Part shown: positions 8,814 through 16,543 of the stretch, piece after piece | Position numbering within the stretch: the stretch's first letter is position 1 | How the letters are laid out: the number at the start of each line of letters is the position of its first letter | Origin: Burkholderiales bacterium | Lineage (GTDB): Bacteria > Pseudomonadota > Gammaproteobacteria > Burkholderiales > SG8-39 | Reading direction: 5' to 3' | DNA length: 64,000 bases | Assembly (NCBI GenBank): GCA_035554435.1 | Contig: DATMJC010000040.1 | Location: 42,222-106,221, forward strand | Notes under the pieces: model-generated | Seen by the model: the letters and a program-made list of their open reading frames with translations, nothing else | Told to the model about the DNA's origin: nothing | Databases searched by the model: none | Program-made: the position numbers and the translations under genes

Positions 8814-9980
8814 TCACTTCATGTCGCAGTCTTTGGCCCAGTAGTCTCCGAGGCCGGTGACCGCCGTGCCGACCTTCTTGTTGACCAGGCGGCCCTGCTT
8901 GTCCTTGGCCACCACGCGCACGTAGTAGTCCTGCACCGGGGTGCCGTTGTGCGCCATCTTGATCTCGCCGCGCGGTGACTTGAAGCGCGTCGGCGCGCTC
9001 ATCAGCGCCTGGTGGAAGGCCTTCTCGTCCTCGATCTTGCCTTTCACCGTGCGCACCGCGGCATCGATGAAGAGCGCAGTGGTGTATCCCTGCTCGGCGA
9101 AGAGCGACGGCACGCGCTTGTACTCCTTCTCGAACTCGGCGACGAATTTGCGGTTGGCGTCGTTGTCGAGGTCGTAGGCCCAGTGCGAGGTGTCGAAGAT
9201 GCCGAGCATCGGCTCGCCGACGGCGCGGATGATGTCCTGGTCGTCGGCGAACCCGGGCACCACCAGCGGGATCTCGGCGGAGAGGCCGCCGGCCACGAAC
9301 TGCTTGATGAAGTTGATGCCCATTCCGCCCGGCAGGAACGCGTACAGCGCCGCCGGCTTGGCGGCGCGGATCTGGGCGAGCTCCGCCGAGTAGTCGAGCT
9401 GGTTCAGCTTGGTGTACACCTCGGCCGAGATGGTGCCGCCGTAGCCGCGCTTGAACCCGGTAGTCGCGTCCTTGCCCGCGGGATAGTTGGGCGCGATCAG
9501 GTACACGTTCTGGAAGCCCTTCGACTTGGCATACAGCCCGGCTGCCTCGTGGTGCCCCTCGTTCGGCCAGGCGGCGGACACGAAGTGCGGATTGCAGCCT
9601 TTGCCGGTGATGCTGGTCGGCGTCGAGTTCGGCGCGATATAGAACACCTTGCCCTCCTGGATCGTCGGCCACGCCGCCAGCATCACGTTGGAGAAGATGA
9701 CGCCGGTCATCAGGTTGACGCGGTCGCGCTTCAGCAAACGCTCGGCGAGCTGCTTGCCGGTCTCGGGGTTGAGCGTGTCGTCGGCGAAGACCACCTCGGT
9801 CGGCAGCCCGCCGAGCTTGCCGCCCGCCAGCTTCAGCGCGAGGTTGAAGCCGTCGCGGACTTCGACGCCGATCGCGCCGGCGGGGCCGGACAGCGTCGAC
9901 AGGTAGCCGATCTTCAGCTCGTTGGCGGCATGCGCATCGAACGCAAATAAGAGAATTGCTAAAGAAAGGATTCTTCTCAC
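8814..9980 (-). CDS. ABC transporter substrate-binding protein, LivK/Leu-Ile-Val-binding (type I periplasmic binding) family
   Basis: Signal peptide MRRILSLAILLFAFDAHA, then LKIGYLSTLSGPAGAIG. The GTG start overlaps the upstream stop (GTGA at 9977-9980) and is preceded by GAGGAGGAG. Confidence 0.85.
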   Translation of the reverse strand: MRRILSLAILLFAFDAHAANELKIGYLSTLSGPAGAIGVEVRDGFNLALKLAGGKLGGLPTEVVFADDTLNPETGKQLAERLLKRDRVNLMTGVIFSNVMLAAWPTIQEGKVFYIAPNSTPTSITGKGCNPHFVSAAWPNEGHHEAAGLYAKSKGFQNVYLIAPNYPAGKDATTGFKRGYGGTISAEVYTKLNQLDYSAELAQIRAAKPAALYAFLPGGMGINFIKQFVAGGLSAEIPLVVPGFADDQDIIRAVGEPMLGIFDTSHWAYDLDNDANRKFVAEFEKEYKRVPSLFAEQGYTTALFIDAAVRTVKGKIEDEKAFHQALMSAPTRFKSPRGEIKMAHNGTPVQDYYVRVVAKDKQGRLVNKKVGTAVTGLGDYWAKDCDMK

Positions 9981-10927
9981 GGGTCGCTCCTCCTCGATCT
10001 CATTCTACCAATCCAGCGGATCTGGCGTTGATAGGGCGGGGAAGGCTCGGCCATCGCGGCGAGGCGCGCCTCCTTCTCGCGCGTGCTCTCGGGAATCGAG
10101 TCGAGCGCGTCCTTCAGCATCGGCTCGTAGTCCGCGCCCACCGGGCAGACGTCGGCGCAGCGCCGGCAGCCGGTGATCACGCCCGCGCCGCGCAGGATGC
10201 TCTGCCAGAGGTTAAAGCTGTCCTCCGAGCGCAGCATCGCTTTCTTCTGCTTCGCGTCGGGCTCGTCGATCACGCGTCCGAGGTAGTCGGTGAGCTGCGC
10301 GAAGCCGTGCGGCGAGCGGTAGGTGTCGCACGCCTCCCAGTCGCGGTCCCACTGCCGGATCACATCGCCCGGGCAGGCCTTCAGGCAGCGGCCGCATTCC
10401 GGTCCGAGGCAGAGCGCCTCGCTCATCGGCCGGTCGCACTCGACGTCCACCGAGCAGAGCACCGCGGTGAGGATGACGCGCGGTCCGAATTCCCTCGTCA
10501 AGAGTTGCAGATTGAGCCCGAGCGTGCCGAGGCCCGCCTCCACCGCCGCGTGCGGCAGCGAAATCAGCGTGCTTTGGTGCCTCGCGGGGTCACCCTGATA
10601 GCGCCAAGGGTCGACGTGCGTCGGCGGCACGATGATCGCCGGATAGCCCGCGTCCTCCAGCCAGTACACCAGCTCGAGCGACACCTCCTCGAGGAAGGTG
10701 AGCGAGAGCTCATCGTTGTAGTACTTGTTGCGATCGTTCCACCTGGGTATGCGGGAGCTCCCTGCCTGCACGCGCGTCGCCATGACGATCACCCGGCCGC
10801 CGTCGTGCTCGGTGATATGGCTCGTGTCCACGTTCTTGCCGTCGGCGATACCGACCAAGTCCGCGCCAAGCTCACGCGCTTTTTCCTTTATCTGAAGAGA
10901 AGTCAAAGGACGCTTGAAGACGTTCAC
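9977..10927 (-). CDS. QueG/RdhA-superfamily 4Fe-4S protein (epoxyqueuosine-reductase-like), paralog B
   Basis: This is the last 316 aa of the composite 9977..12097 ORF, with a GTG start overlapping the paralog A stop (GTGA, 10924-10927). Motifs: ARELGADLVGIA, EAGLGTLGLN, LTREFGPR, CLGPECGRCLKACP, GCRRCADVCPVG. Confidence 0.75.
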   Translation of the reverse strand: MNVFKRPLTSLQIKEKARELGADLVGIADGKNVDTSHITEHDGGRVIVMATRVQAGSSRIPRWNDRNKYYNDELSLTFLEEVSLELVYWLEDAGYPAIIVPPTHVDPWRYQGDPARHQSTLISLPHAAVEAGLGTLGLNLQLLTREFGPRVILTAVLCSVDVECDRPMSEALCLGPECGRCLKACPGDVIRQWDRDWEACDTYRSPHGFAQLTDYLGRVIDEPDAKQKKAMLRSEDSFNLWQSILRGAGVITGCRRCADVCPVGADYEPMLKDALDSIPESTREKEARLAAMAEPSPPYQRQIRWIGRMRSRRSDP

Positions 10928-11970
10928 TGTTTCTCTTTCTCCTTCTGCAGCCGCTTGAACTCCTGCAGCTGGCGCGCCACGATCCCCTGGTAGCCCTTCT
11001 CTCCGACCCAGCGGATGTTCCATTCGGACAGGCCCGGAAGCTCGTGCCCTTCCTTGCGCGCCTTCTTGAACTCCGCGGCCCTGGCGACTTTCTCCGGCGT
11101 CTTCTCGGGAATGTGCTTCTGGATGTCGGCGAGGTGCGCGTGGTAGTCGTTGCCGACCGGGCACACCGCGAGGCAGCGCGGGCAGTCGCCGAAGGAGCCG
11201 ACCACGCGCAGCAGGCCCTGCCAGAAACCGAAGAGATCGCGCGAACGAATTGCCTTTTTCTGCTCTTCGCTGGACATATCGATGAACCGGCTCATGAAGT
11301 TGGTGATCGTCATGTAGCCGAACTCCTGCGCTTCGGTAGCGCAGCCCGGCTTGTCGAGTCCCCACTGCTTGACCGCATCGGGCGGGCAGGAGTGGAGGCA
11401 CCGGCTGCACGACTCGCCTATGCACACCTGCTCCTCCATGCGCCGGTCCGCCTCGAGCTCGAGCTCGGTAAGAATCCCGGTAAGGTAGAGGCGCGGGCCG
11501 AACTCGGGGGTGAGGATGTTCACCTCCAGCCCGAGCGTGCCGAGGCCCGCCTCGACGCCGAGGTGTCGGGTCGAGAGCTGCCCGTAGCTCGCACGCTTCA
11601 GGTTCCAGTCGGTTTCCTGCGCCGCGAGCGTGAACGAGGGATGACCGGCGCGCTCGAGCTCCTGAGCGAGCTTGAGGGCGATGCGGTCCATGCGCCGCAG
11701 CACCAGCATGTCGAGGTACTGGACCGGAACGTTGGTCTTGCAGCGGAACGCGCCCACCGGGATGCGCTGGACGATGACCACCACGCTCTTGATGTACGGC
11801 GAGATGCGCTCCGGCGTCTGCGGCCAGCGTGGATCGGGCGGAAAGGCGTTGAGCGTCGCGGCCGAGGCGATGCCGCAAAGGTCGGCGCCCAATTCCTTTG
11901 CGCGGCGCTTGACTTCGTTTGAAGTGACCGGAGAAGCCAGCACCGTCCCGCGTCGAAGGGTCCGTGACAT
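10924..11970 (-). CDS. QueG/RdhA-superfamily 4Fe-4S protein (epoxyqueuosine-reductase-like), paralog A
   Basis: AKELGADLCGIA, EAGLGTLGLE, LTPEFGPR, CIGESCSRCLHSCP and DCPRCLAVCPVG. These align by eye to the QueG core (ERAGIGF...TPEYGS...C..C..C...CP...C..C...CP). Confidence 0.75.
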   Translation of the reverse strand: MSRTLRRGTVLASPVTSNEVKRRAKELGADLCGIASAATLNAFPPDPRWPQTPERISPYIKSVVVIVQRIPVGAFRCKTNVPVQYLDMLVLRRMDRIALKLAQELERAGHPSFTLAAQETDWNLKRASYGQLSTRHLGVEAGLGTLGLEVNILTPEFGPRLYLTGILTELELEADRRMEEQVCIGESCSRCLHSCPPDAVKQWGLDKPGCATEAQEFGYMTITNFMSRFIDMSSEEQKKAIRSRDLFGFWQGLLRVVGSFGDCPRCLAVCPVGNDYHAHLADIQKHIPEKTPEKVARAAEFKKARKEGHELPGLSEWNIRWVGEKGYQGIVARQLQEFKRLQKEKEKQ

Positions 11971-11973
11971 ACG

Positions 11974-11987
11974 CTACCGTATGGTAG
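11974..11987. promoter_or_regulatory. candidate TetR operator: inverted repeat CTACC-GTAT-GGTAG in the 26-bp divergent gap
   Basis: A perfect 5+5 inverted repeat with a 4-nt spacer is read directly at 11974-11987. It is the only symmetric element between the start codons at 11970 (-) and 11997 (+). Confidence 0.35.
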
Positions 11988-11996
11988 TCTTTCCCG

Positions 11997-12533
11997 GTGC
12001 GATCGCAATGGCTCGGCGCCGGGCTGGACGCGCTGCGCAAGGGCGGCGTCGGCGCGGTGCGCGTCGAGCGCCTCGCCGCCGACGTAGGCGTCACCAAGGG
12101 CAGCTTCTATCACCACTTCCGCGACCGCGGCGCGCTGCTCGAAGCGCTGCTGGAATTCTGGTCGCGCGAGATGACCGACGCCGAGTTCGAGCGCATCCAG
12201 AGCTTGCGCGGCGGCGACACAGGAGGGGAACTGCGCGCGCGCCTGCTGGCACTCGCCGAGGACGTTCTGGAGAAGGGCATGGGCCGCTACGATCCGGCGA
12301 TCCGCGCCTGGGGGCGCAGCGACCGCAAGGTGGCGGCTGCGGTCGCGCAGGTCGACCGCCGGCGCGTGCGCGCGCTGACGGCGCTGTTCGAGGAAGGCGG
12401 ATTCGGCGCTGCCCAGGCGCGCACCCGCGCACGGACCTTCTATACGTTCCTGCTCGGCGAGCCGCAGGTGCGCGCACCGGTGCGCGAGGCCGGAGAACTC
12501 GCGCGGATGGTCGAGATTCTGGCTCGGCCCTGA
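11997..12533 (+). CDS. TetR/AcrR family transcriptional regulator
   Basis: HTH region VRVERLAADVGVTKGSFYHHFRDRGALLEALLE is the classic TetR N-terminal signature. Confidence 0.85.
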   Translation: MRSQWLGAGLDALRKGGVGAVRVERLAADVGVTKGSFYHHFRDRGALLEALLEFWSREMTDAEFERIQSLRGGDTGGELRARLLALAEDVLEKGMGRYDPAIRAWGRSDRKVAAAVAQVDRRRVRALTALFEEGGFGAAQARTRARTFYTFLLGEPQVRAPVREAGELARMVEILARP

Positions 12534-13835
12534 ATGCCCCTGAGACTCCCCAAGTCGCGCGCCGAGATCCGCCGCCTCCAGAGCGAACGCAAGCGTGCTG
12601 CGGTGGAGCGGGCGACGCGTTCGCCGTTCTGGAAGAAACGGCTTCCCAGCGTAAACCTTGAAAAGCTGGACGACCCGGAGGTGTGGCGGAAGATTCCCAT
12701 CCTCGACAAGGACACGCTGCGCGGGCTGTCGGATGCGCAGTTCTACGGCGAGTTCTGCCACGCGGAGCACGACGGCATCGCCGAGTACTGGCGCTCGGGC
12801 GGCGTCACCGGCCAGCCGCTCTTCTACCCGCGCAGCTTCCGAGACATCGAGGTTGGCCTCGAGTCCTTCGCGCGCACCTTCGACTGCGCCGGGGCCGGCC
12901 GCGGCGAGCGTGCCCACATCTCCTTCCCGCTGGGCATCCACCCGGTCGGCCAGATCTACTTGCGCTGCGCCACTTCGCGCGGCATCACGGTCAACTGGGC
13001 GGGCGCCGGCACGTCGACCCCCTCGCCCCTGCAACTGGAGCTGATCCGGCGCCTGAAGCCGACCATCTGGCTCGGCATGTCGAGCTACGCGCTGCATCTC
13101 GCGAATCTCGCGGAGGCACGCGGCGTTGAGCTGAATTCAATAAAGAAGATCATGACCTCCGCCGAGCCGGTGTCGCAGGCAAAACGAGACAAGATCGAGC
13201 GCAGCTTCGGTGCCAAGCTCACCGACAACTTCGGCATGACCGAGGCCGGCATGATGGGCAGCGAGTGGAAGGAAGATGAGTCCGGGCTTGGTTTCCGCAT
13301 CTGGACCGACCTCTACCTTATCGAGGTGCTGGATCCCAAGTCGCTGGACCCGGTGAAGGAGGGCGGGGTCGGTACCTTGGTGGTCACGGCGCTGCAGACG
13401 AACAACGTTACGCCTTTCCTGCGCTGGAGCTCGGGCGACCTCGTCACCTACGGCGAGGCGGATGATGAAAGGGATGGAAAAAAGGCAGGCCCGTTCTCCG
13501 TGTTCCCGCGCATCAAGCACGCGCACCGCACCGCGGGCTTCTTCAAGGTGCGCGGCGTCAACCTCGGCCACCAGGACCTCGAGGACTTCATGTTCCGCCA
13601 CGTCGAGATCGGCGACTTTCGCGCCGAGGTGCTGAACGAGGGCGGCAACGACATCCTGCGGCTTTCGATCGAGATCCGTCGCGGCGCGGACCGGGAATCC
13701 TTTGCCAACGCCCTTTCCGGGAAGATCAAGGCCGCGTTCGAGCTCGCGCCTCAGGTGGTGGTGCTGGAAACCGGAACGCTCGCCAGGGAATTCGAGGCCA
13801 ACGTCAAGGCGGTGCGGTTCGTAGACCGCCGTTAA
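12534..13835 (+). CDS. phenylacetate-CoA ligase (PaaK)-like / coenzyme F390 synthetase family adenylate-forming enzyme
   Basis: IPILDKDTLR, WRSGGVTGQPLFYP (equivalent to SSGTTGKP), MSSYALHLA, MTSAEPVS, NFGMTEAG, FKVRGVNL. The start abuts the TetR stop (TGA ATG). Confidence 0.75.
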   Translation: MPLRLPKSRAEIRRLQSERKRAAVERATRSPFWKKRLPSVNLEKLDDPEVWRKIPILDKDTLRGLSDAQFYGEFCHAEHDGIAEYWRSGGVTGQPLFYPRSFRDIEVGLESFARTFDCAGAGRGERAHISFPLGIHPVGQIYLRCATSRGITVNWAGAGTSTPSPLQLELIRRLKPTIWLGMSSYALHLANLAEARGVELNSIKKIMTSAEPVSQAKRDKIERSFGAKLTDNFGMTEAGMMGSEWKEDESGLGFRIWTDLYLIEVLDPKSLDPVKEGGVGTLVVTALQTNNVTPFLRWSSGDLVTYGEADDERDGKKAGPFSVFPRIKHAHRTAGFFKVRGVNLGHQDLEDFMFRHVEIGDFRAEVLNEGGNDILRLSIEIRRGADRESFANALSGKIKAAFELAPQVVVLETGTLAREFEANVKAVRFVDRR

Positions 13836-14731
13836 ACCGAGTCGAAGTACTCCACCATCTTCCTCCGCGTGCCGGCGTCCGGGAGGGCGCCGAGCCCGGC
13901 GGCCATGTTGTCGCGGATGTGCTCCGGCCTGGTGGTCGCGGGAATGGCGCAGGTGAGCGCCGGGTGCGACACGATCCACTTGAGGAAGTACTGCGCCCAG
14001 CTCGCGATGCCGAGCTCCGCGGCCCAGGCAGGCAGGGGCTTGCCCTTGACGTGGCTGAAGAGCGCGCCTTCCTGGAACGGCCGGTTCGCGATCACCGCCA
14101 CCTTGAGGTCGCGCGCGAGCGGCAGCAGCCTGTTCTCGGCATCGCGTTCGCCGAGCGAGTAGTTGATCTGGAGGAAGTCGTACGCCTTGGTCTTCAACAG
14201 GCGCTCGATCTCGCCGTAGGCCGAGGCGGTGTAGTGGGTGATCCCGATGTAGCGGACGCGCTCGGCTTCCTTCATGTCCTTGAGGGTGCGCGTGTGCGTT
14301 TCGACGTCGGCCAGGTTGTGGATCTGCATGAGGTCCATGCGCTCGACTCGCATGCGGCGAAGGGACTCCTCGATTTGCCGCACCCCCTGGTCCCGGCCGT
14401 GGGTCCAGACCTTGGTCGCCATGAAGAGCTTGTCGCGCAGGTGGAGCTCCGCGGTGAGGTCGCCGACCACGGATTCGGCTGCGCCGTACATGGGCGAAGA
14501 ATCGACTACGCGGCCGCCCGCCGCGGAGAACGCCTTGAGCACCTCGCGCAACGGCGCGAGCGCGGCGCGATCGCCGCGCACGTCGAAGGTCTGCCAGGTG
14601 CCGATGCCGATGGCCGGAAGCTCCTCCCCCGAGGAGGGGATGCGCTTCAGCACGATGCGCGACTGTGCCCGGGCCGGCCTCACCGCTGCCGCTGCAAGCG
14701 CGGCGATGAGCGCGCGTCGTCGCCGGTCCAT
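13832..14731 (-). CDS. aldo/keto reductase with an N-terminal twin-arginine-like signal peptide
   Basis: MDRRRRALIAALAAAAVRPARAQS followed by an AKR core (IGIGTWQT, DSSPMYG, ATKVW, IGITHY, RPFQEG). Confidence 0.8.
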   Translation of the reverse strand: MDRRRRALIAALAAAAVRPARAQSRIVLKRIPSSGEELPAIGIGTWQTFDVRGDRAALAPLREVLKAFSAAGGRVVDSSPMYGAAESVVGDLTAELHLRDKLFMATKVWTHGRDQGVRQIEESLRRMRVERMDLMQIHNLADVETHTRTLKDMKEAERVRYIGITHYTASAYGEIERLLKTKAYDFLQINYSLGERDAENRLLPLARDLKVAVIANRPFQEGALFSHVKGKPLPAWAAELGIASWAQYFLKWIVSHPALTCAIPATTRPEHIRDNMAAGLGALPDAGTRRKMVEYFDSV

Positions 14732-15915
14732 GCTCTCATTCTAACGCCCAGGAATACCGCGAGCGCCGTCCATGCGGCGGCCACGGCGGCCGCGGCGAAC
14801 GCCGACACGCCTGCAAAGAGCCAGCCTGCCAGCGCGTCGCCGCCGCGGTAGATCACCGTGTCGATGAAGTTCTTCGCCTTGTAGCGCTCCTCGCGCGGCA
14901 CCACCGTGAAGAGCGTCTCGCGCGCGGGCTTGGAGATCGCGAATTCGCCCACCCTGCGGATGACGCCGAAGGCGATGAGCGCGGTCAGCGTGGGAGTTGC
15001 GCCAAGCCAGACGAAGCCAGCCACCGAGAGCACCGGCACGGCGGCGAGCATGCCGGCCGGTCCGAGGAACGCCGCGAGCCGCGAGAAGGCGAGCACCTGG
15101 ATCGCAAGGGTGAGCCCGTTCACCGCGAGGTCGACCGAGGCGAACAGCCGCGTGCGCTCCTGCGGGTCGGGGACCGCGTCGCGCACGATTTCGACCTGCT
15201 GAAAGTAGAGCGCGGTCGAAAGCGCGGTATAGCAGAGGAGGTAGCCGCAGATCGCGAGGAGGAACGGCGAGGTGAGCGCGGCGCGCGCGCCGGCGAGGAT
15301 CGAGCCGCCGAGCGGCGCTTCCGGCGGCGGCTCCGCGGCGCGCGGATGCGCTCTCGCCCAGCGCGCAAGGGCGCGGATGCACACGACGGTGGCGGCGAGG
15401 AGCAGCGCGCTGACGATCAGGAGCGCCCTGCTCTGGGGGACCAGGGCCGCAATCAGCGGGCCGGCGATCGCGCCGCAGCTGCCGCCGGCGGCGATCGTGC
15501 CGTATAGGCGCGCCGCCTGCCGGGTGTCGAAGATGTCCGACATAAAGCTCCAGAACACCGACACAACGAACAGGTTGAAGACGCTGAGCCACACAAAAAA
15601 CACGCGCGCTTCGAGCTCGAGCGCGAATGCGAGCAGGTTGACTACGAAGAACGCGTACACGGCGGGCAGGAGCCGCGCGCGCGGCAGGCGCGACGCCAGC
15701 CAGCCGAACACCGGCACCAGGGCGAGCATTGCAGCGAGGGTGACGGTGAAAAGCTGCTTCAGCGCCTGCGCGCCGAGCTCGACCGCAAGCGCGTCGCGCA
15801 CCGGGCGCAGCACGTAGTAGCTCGAAAGAAGCAGGAAGAAATACGCAAACGCCCAGGCGAGCGCGGGCAGCTCGTGCGGCTCGGCCCGCAGCGCGCGGGT
15901 CAGAAAACGGTGCAT
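14680..15915 (-). CDS. MFS-type transporter with a TLC/Npt (nucleotide exchange transporter)-like N-terminal signature
   Basis: HELPALAWAFAYFFLLLSSYYVLRPVRDAL and VFWSFMSDIF..AARLYG resemble the Npt/TLC pattern (E..K...F....Y..LR..KD ; FW.fan.i....AkRfY). Multiple TM helices. Confidence 0.55.
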   Translation of the reverse strand: MHRFLTRALRAEPHELPALAWAFAYFFLLLSSYYVLRPVRDALAVELGAQALKQLFTVTLAAMLALVPVFGWLASRLPRARLLPAVYAFFVVNLLAFALELEARVFFVWLSVFNLFVVSVFWSFMSDIFDTRQAARLYGTIAAGGSCGAIAGPLIAALVPQSRALLIVSALLLAATVVCIRALARWARAHPRAAEPPPEAPLGGSILAGARAALTSPFLLAICGYLLCYTALSTALYFQQVEIVRDAVPDPQERTRLFASVDLAVNGLTLAIQVLAFSRLAAFLGPAGMLAAVPVLSVAGFVWLGATPTLTALIAFGVIRRVGEFAISKPARETLFTVVPREERYKAKNFIDTVIYRGGDALAGWLFAGVSAFAAAAVAAAWTALAVFLGVRMRAWTGDDARSSPRLQRQR

Positions 15916-15951
15916 GCGCTATAGTAAGCACAAGGCAAAGGAGCCAAGGGA

Positions 15952-16542
15952 ATGGGGGCCTGGATCATCCTCGCGCTTGCGATCGCCGCCGCGGTGTGGG
16001 CGATCGCGGTCTACAACGGCCTGGTCGTGCTGCGCAACCGCTTCAAGAACGCGTTCGCGCAGATCGACGTCCAGCTCAGGCGCCGCTACGACCTGATCCC
16101 GAACCTGGTCGAGTCGGTCAAGGGCTATCTGCAGCACGAGCGCCAGACGCTCGACGCCGTGGTGCAGGCGCGCGGCAGCGCGGTCAGCGCGGCGCAGCGC
16201 GCGCTCGCGGCGCCGGGCGATCCGGCTGCAATGCAGGGCCTGGCACAGGCCGAAGGCGCCCTCGGCGGCGCCCTCGGCCGGCTGGTCGCGCTGTTCGAAA
16301 ACTATCCCGACCTCAAGGCGAACGAAAGCGTCGCCACGCTGCAGGAGGAGCTCACCAGCACCGAGAACAAGGTCGCGTTCGCCCGTCAGGCCTACAACGA
16401 CTCGGTGATGCAGTACAACACCCGGCTCGAGTCCTTCCCGGACAACCTCTTCGCCAGGCTGCTCGGCTTCGCGCCGGCGGAGCTCCTGCAGGCGACCGAG
16501 TCCGCCGACCAGCGCGCCGCGCCGAAGGTGTCGCTCCGGTAG
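15952..16542 (+). CDS. LemA family protein
   Basis: N-terminal TM helix, then YNGLVVLRNRFKNAFAQIDVQLRRRYDLIPNLV and ENYPDLKA, FARQAYNDSV..YN, which are LemA hallmarks. Confidence 0.9.
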   Translation: MGAWIILALAIAAAVWAIAVYNGLVVLRNRFKNAFAQIDVQLRRRYDLIPNLVESVKGYLQHERQTLDAVVQARGSAVSAAQRALAAPGDPAAMQGLAQAEGALGGALGRLVALFENYPDLKANESVATLQEELTSTENKVAFARQAYNDSVMQYNTRLESFPDNLFARLLGFAPAELLQATESADQRAAPKVSLR

Positions 16543-16543
16543 C

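Noticed and set aside
9977-12097. Single 706-aa ORF as listed in the track; likewise composites 2413..4515, 6945..8333, 25669..27834, 28022..29494, 29898..31391, 31862..33805, 40969..43677, 44993..46972 and 56012..57910
   Set aside because: Only the C-terminal part of each has protein-like sequence. The N-terminal parts overlap a neighbouring real gene in another frame. Family-typical N-termini and ATGA/GTGA start-stop overlaps define the true starts.
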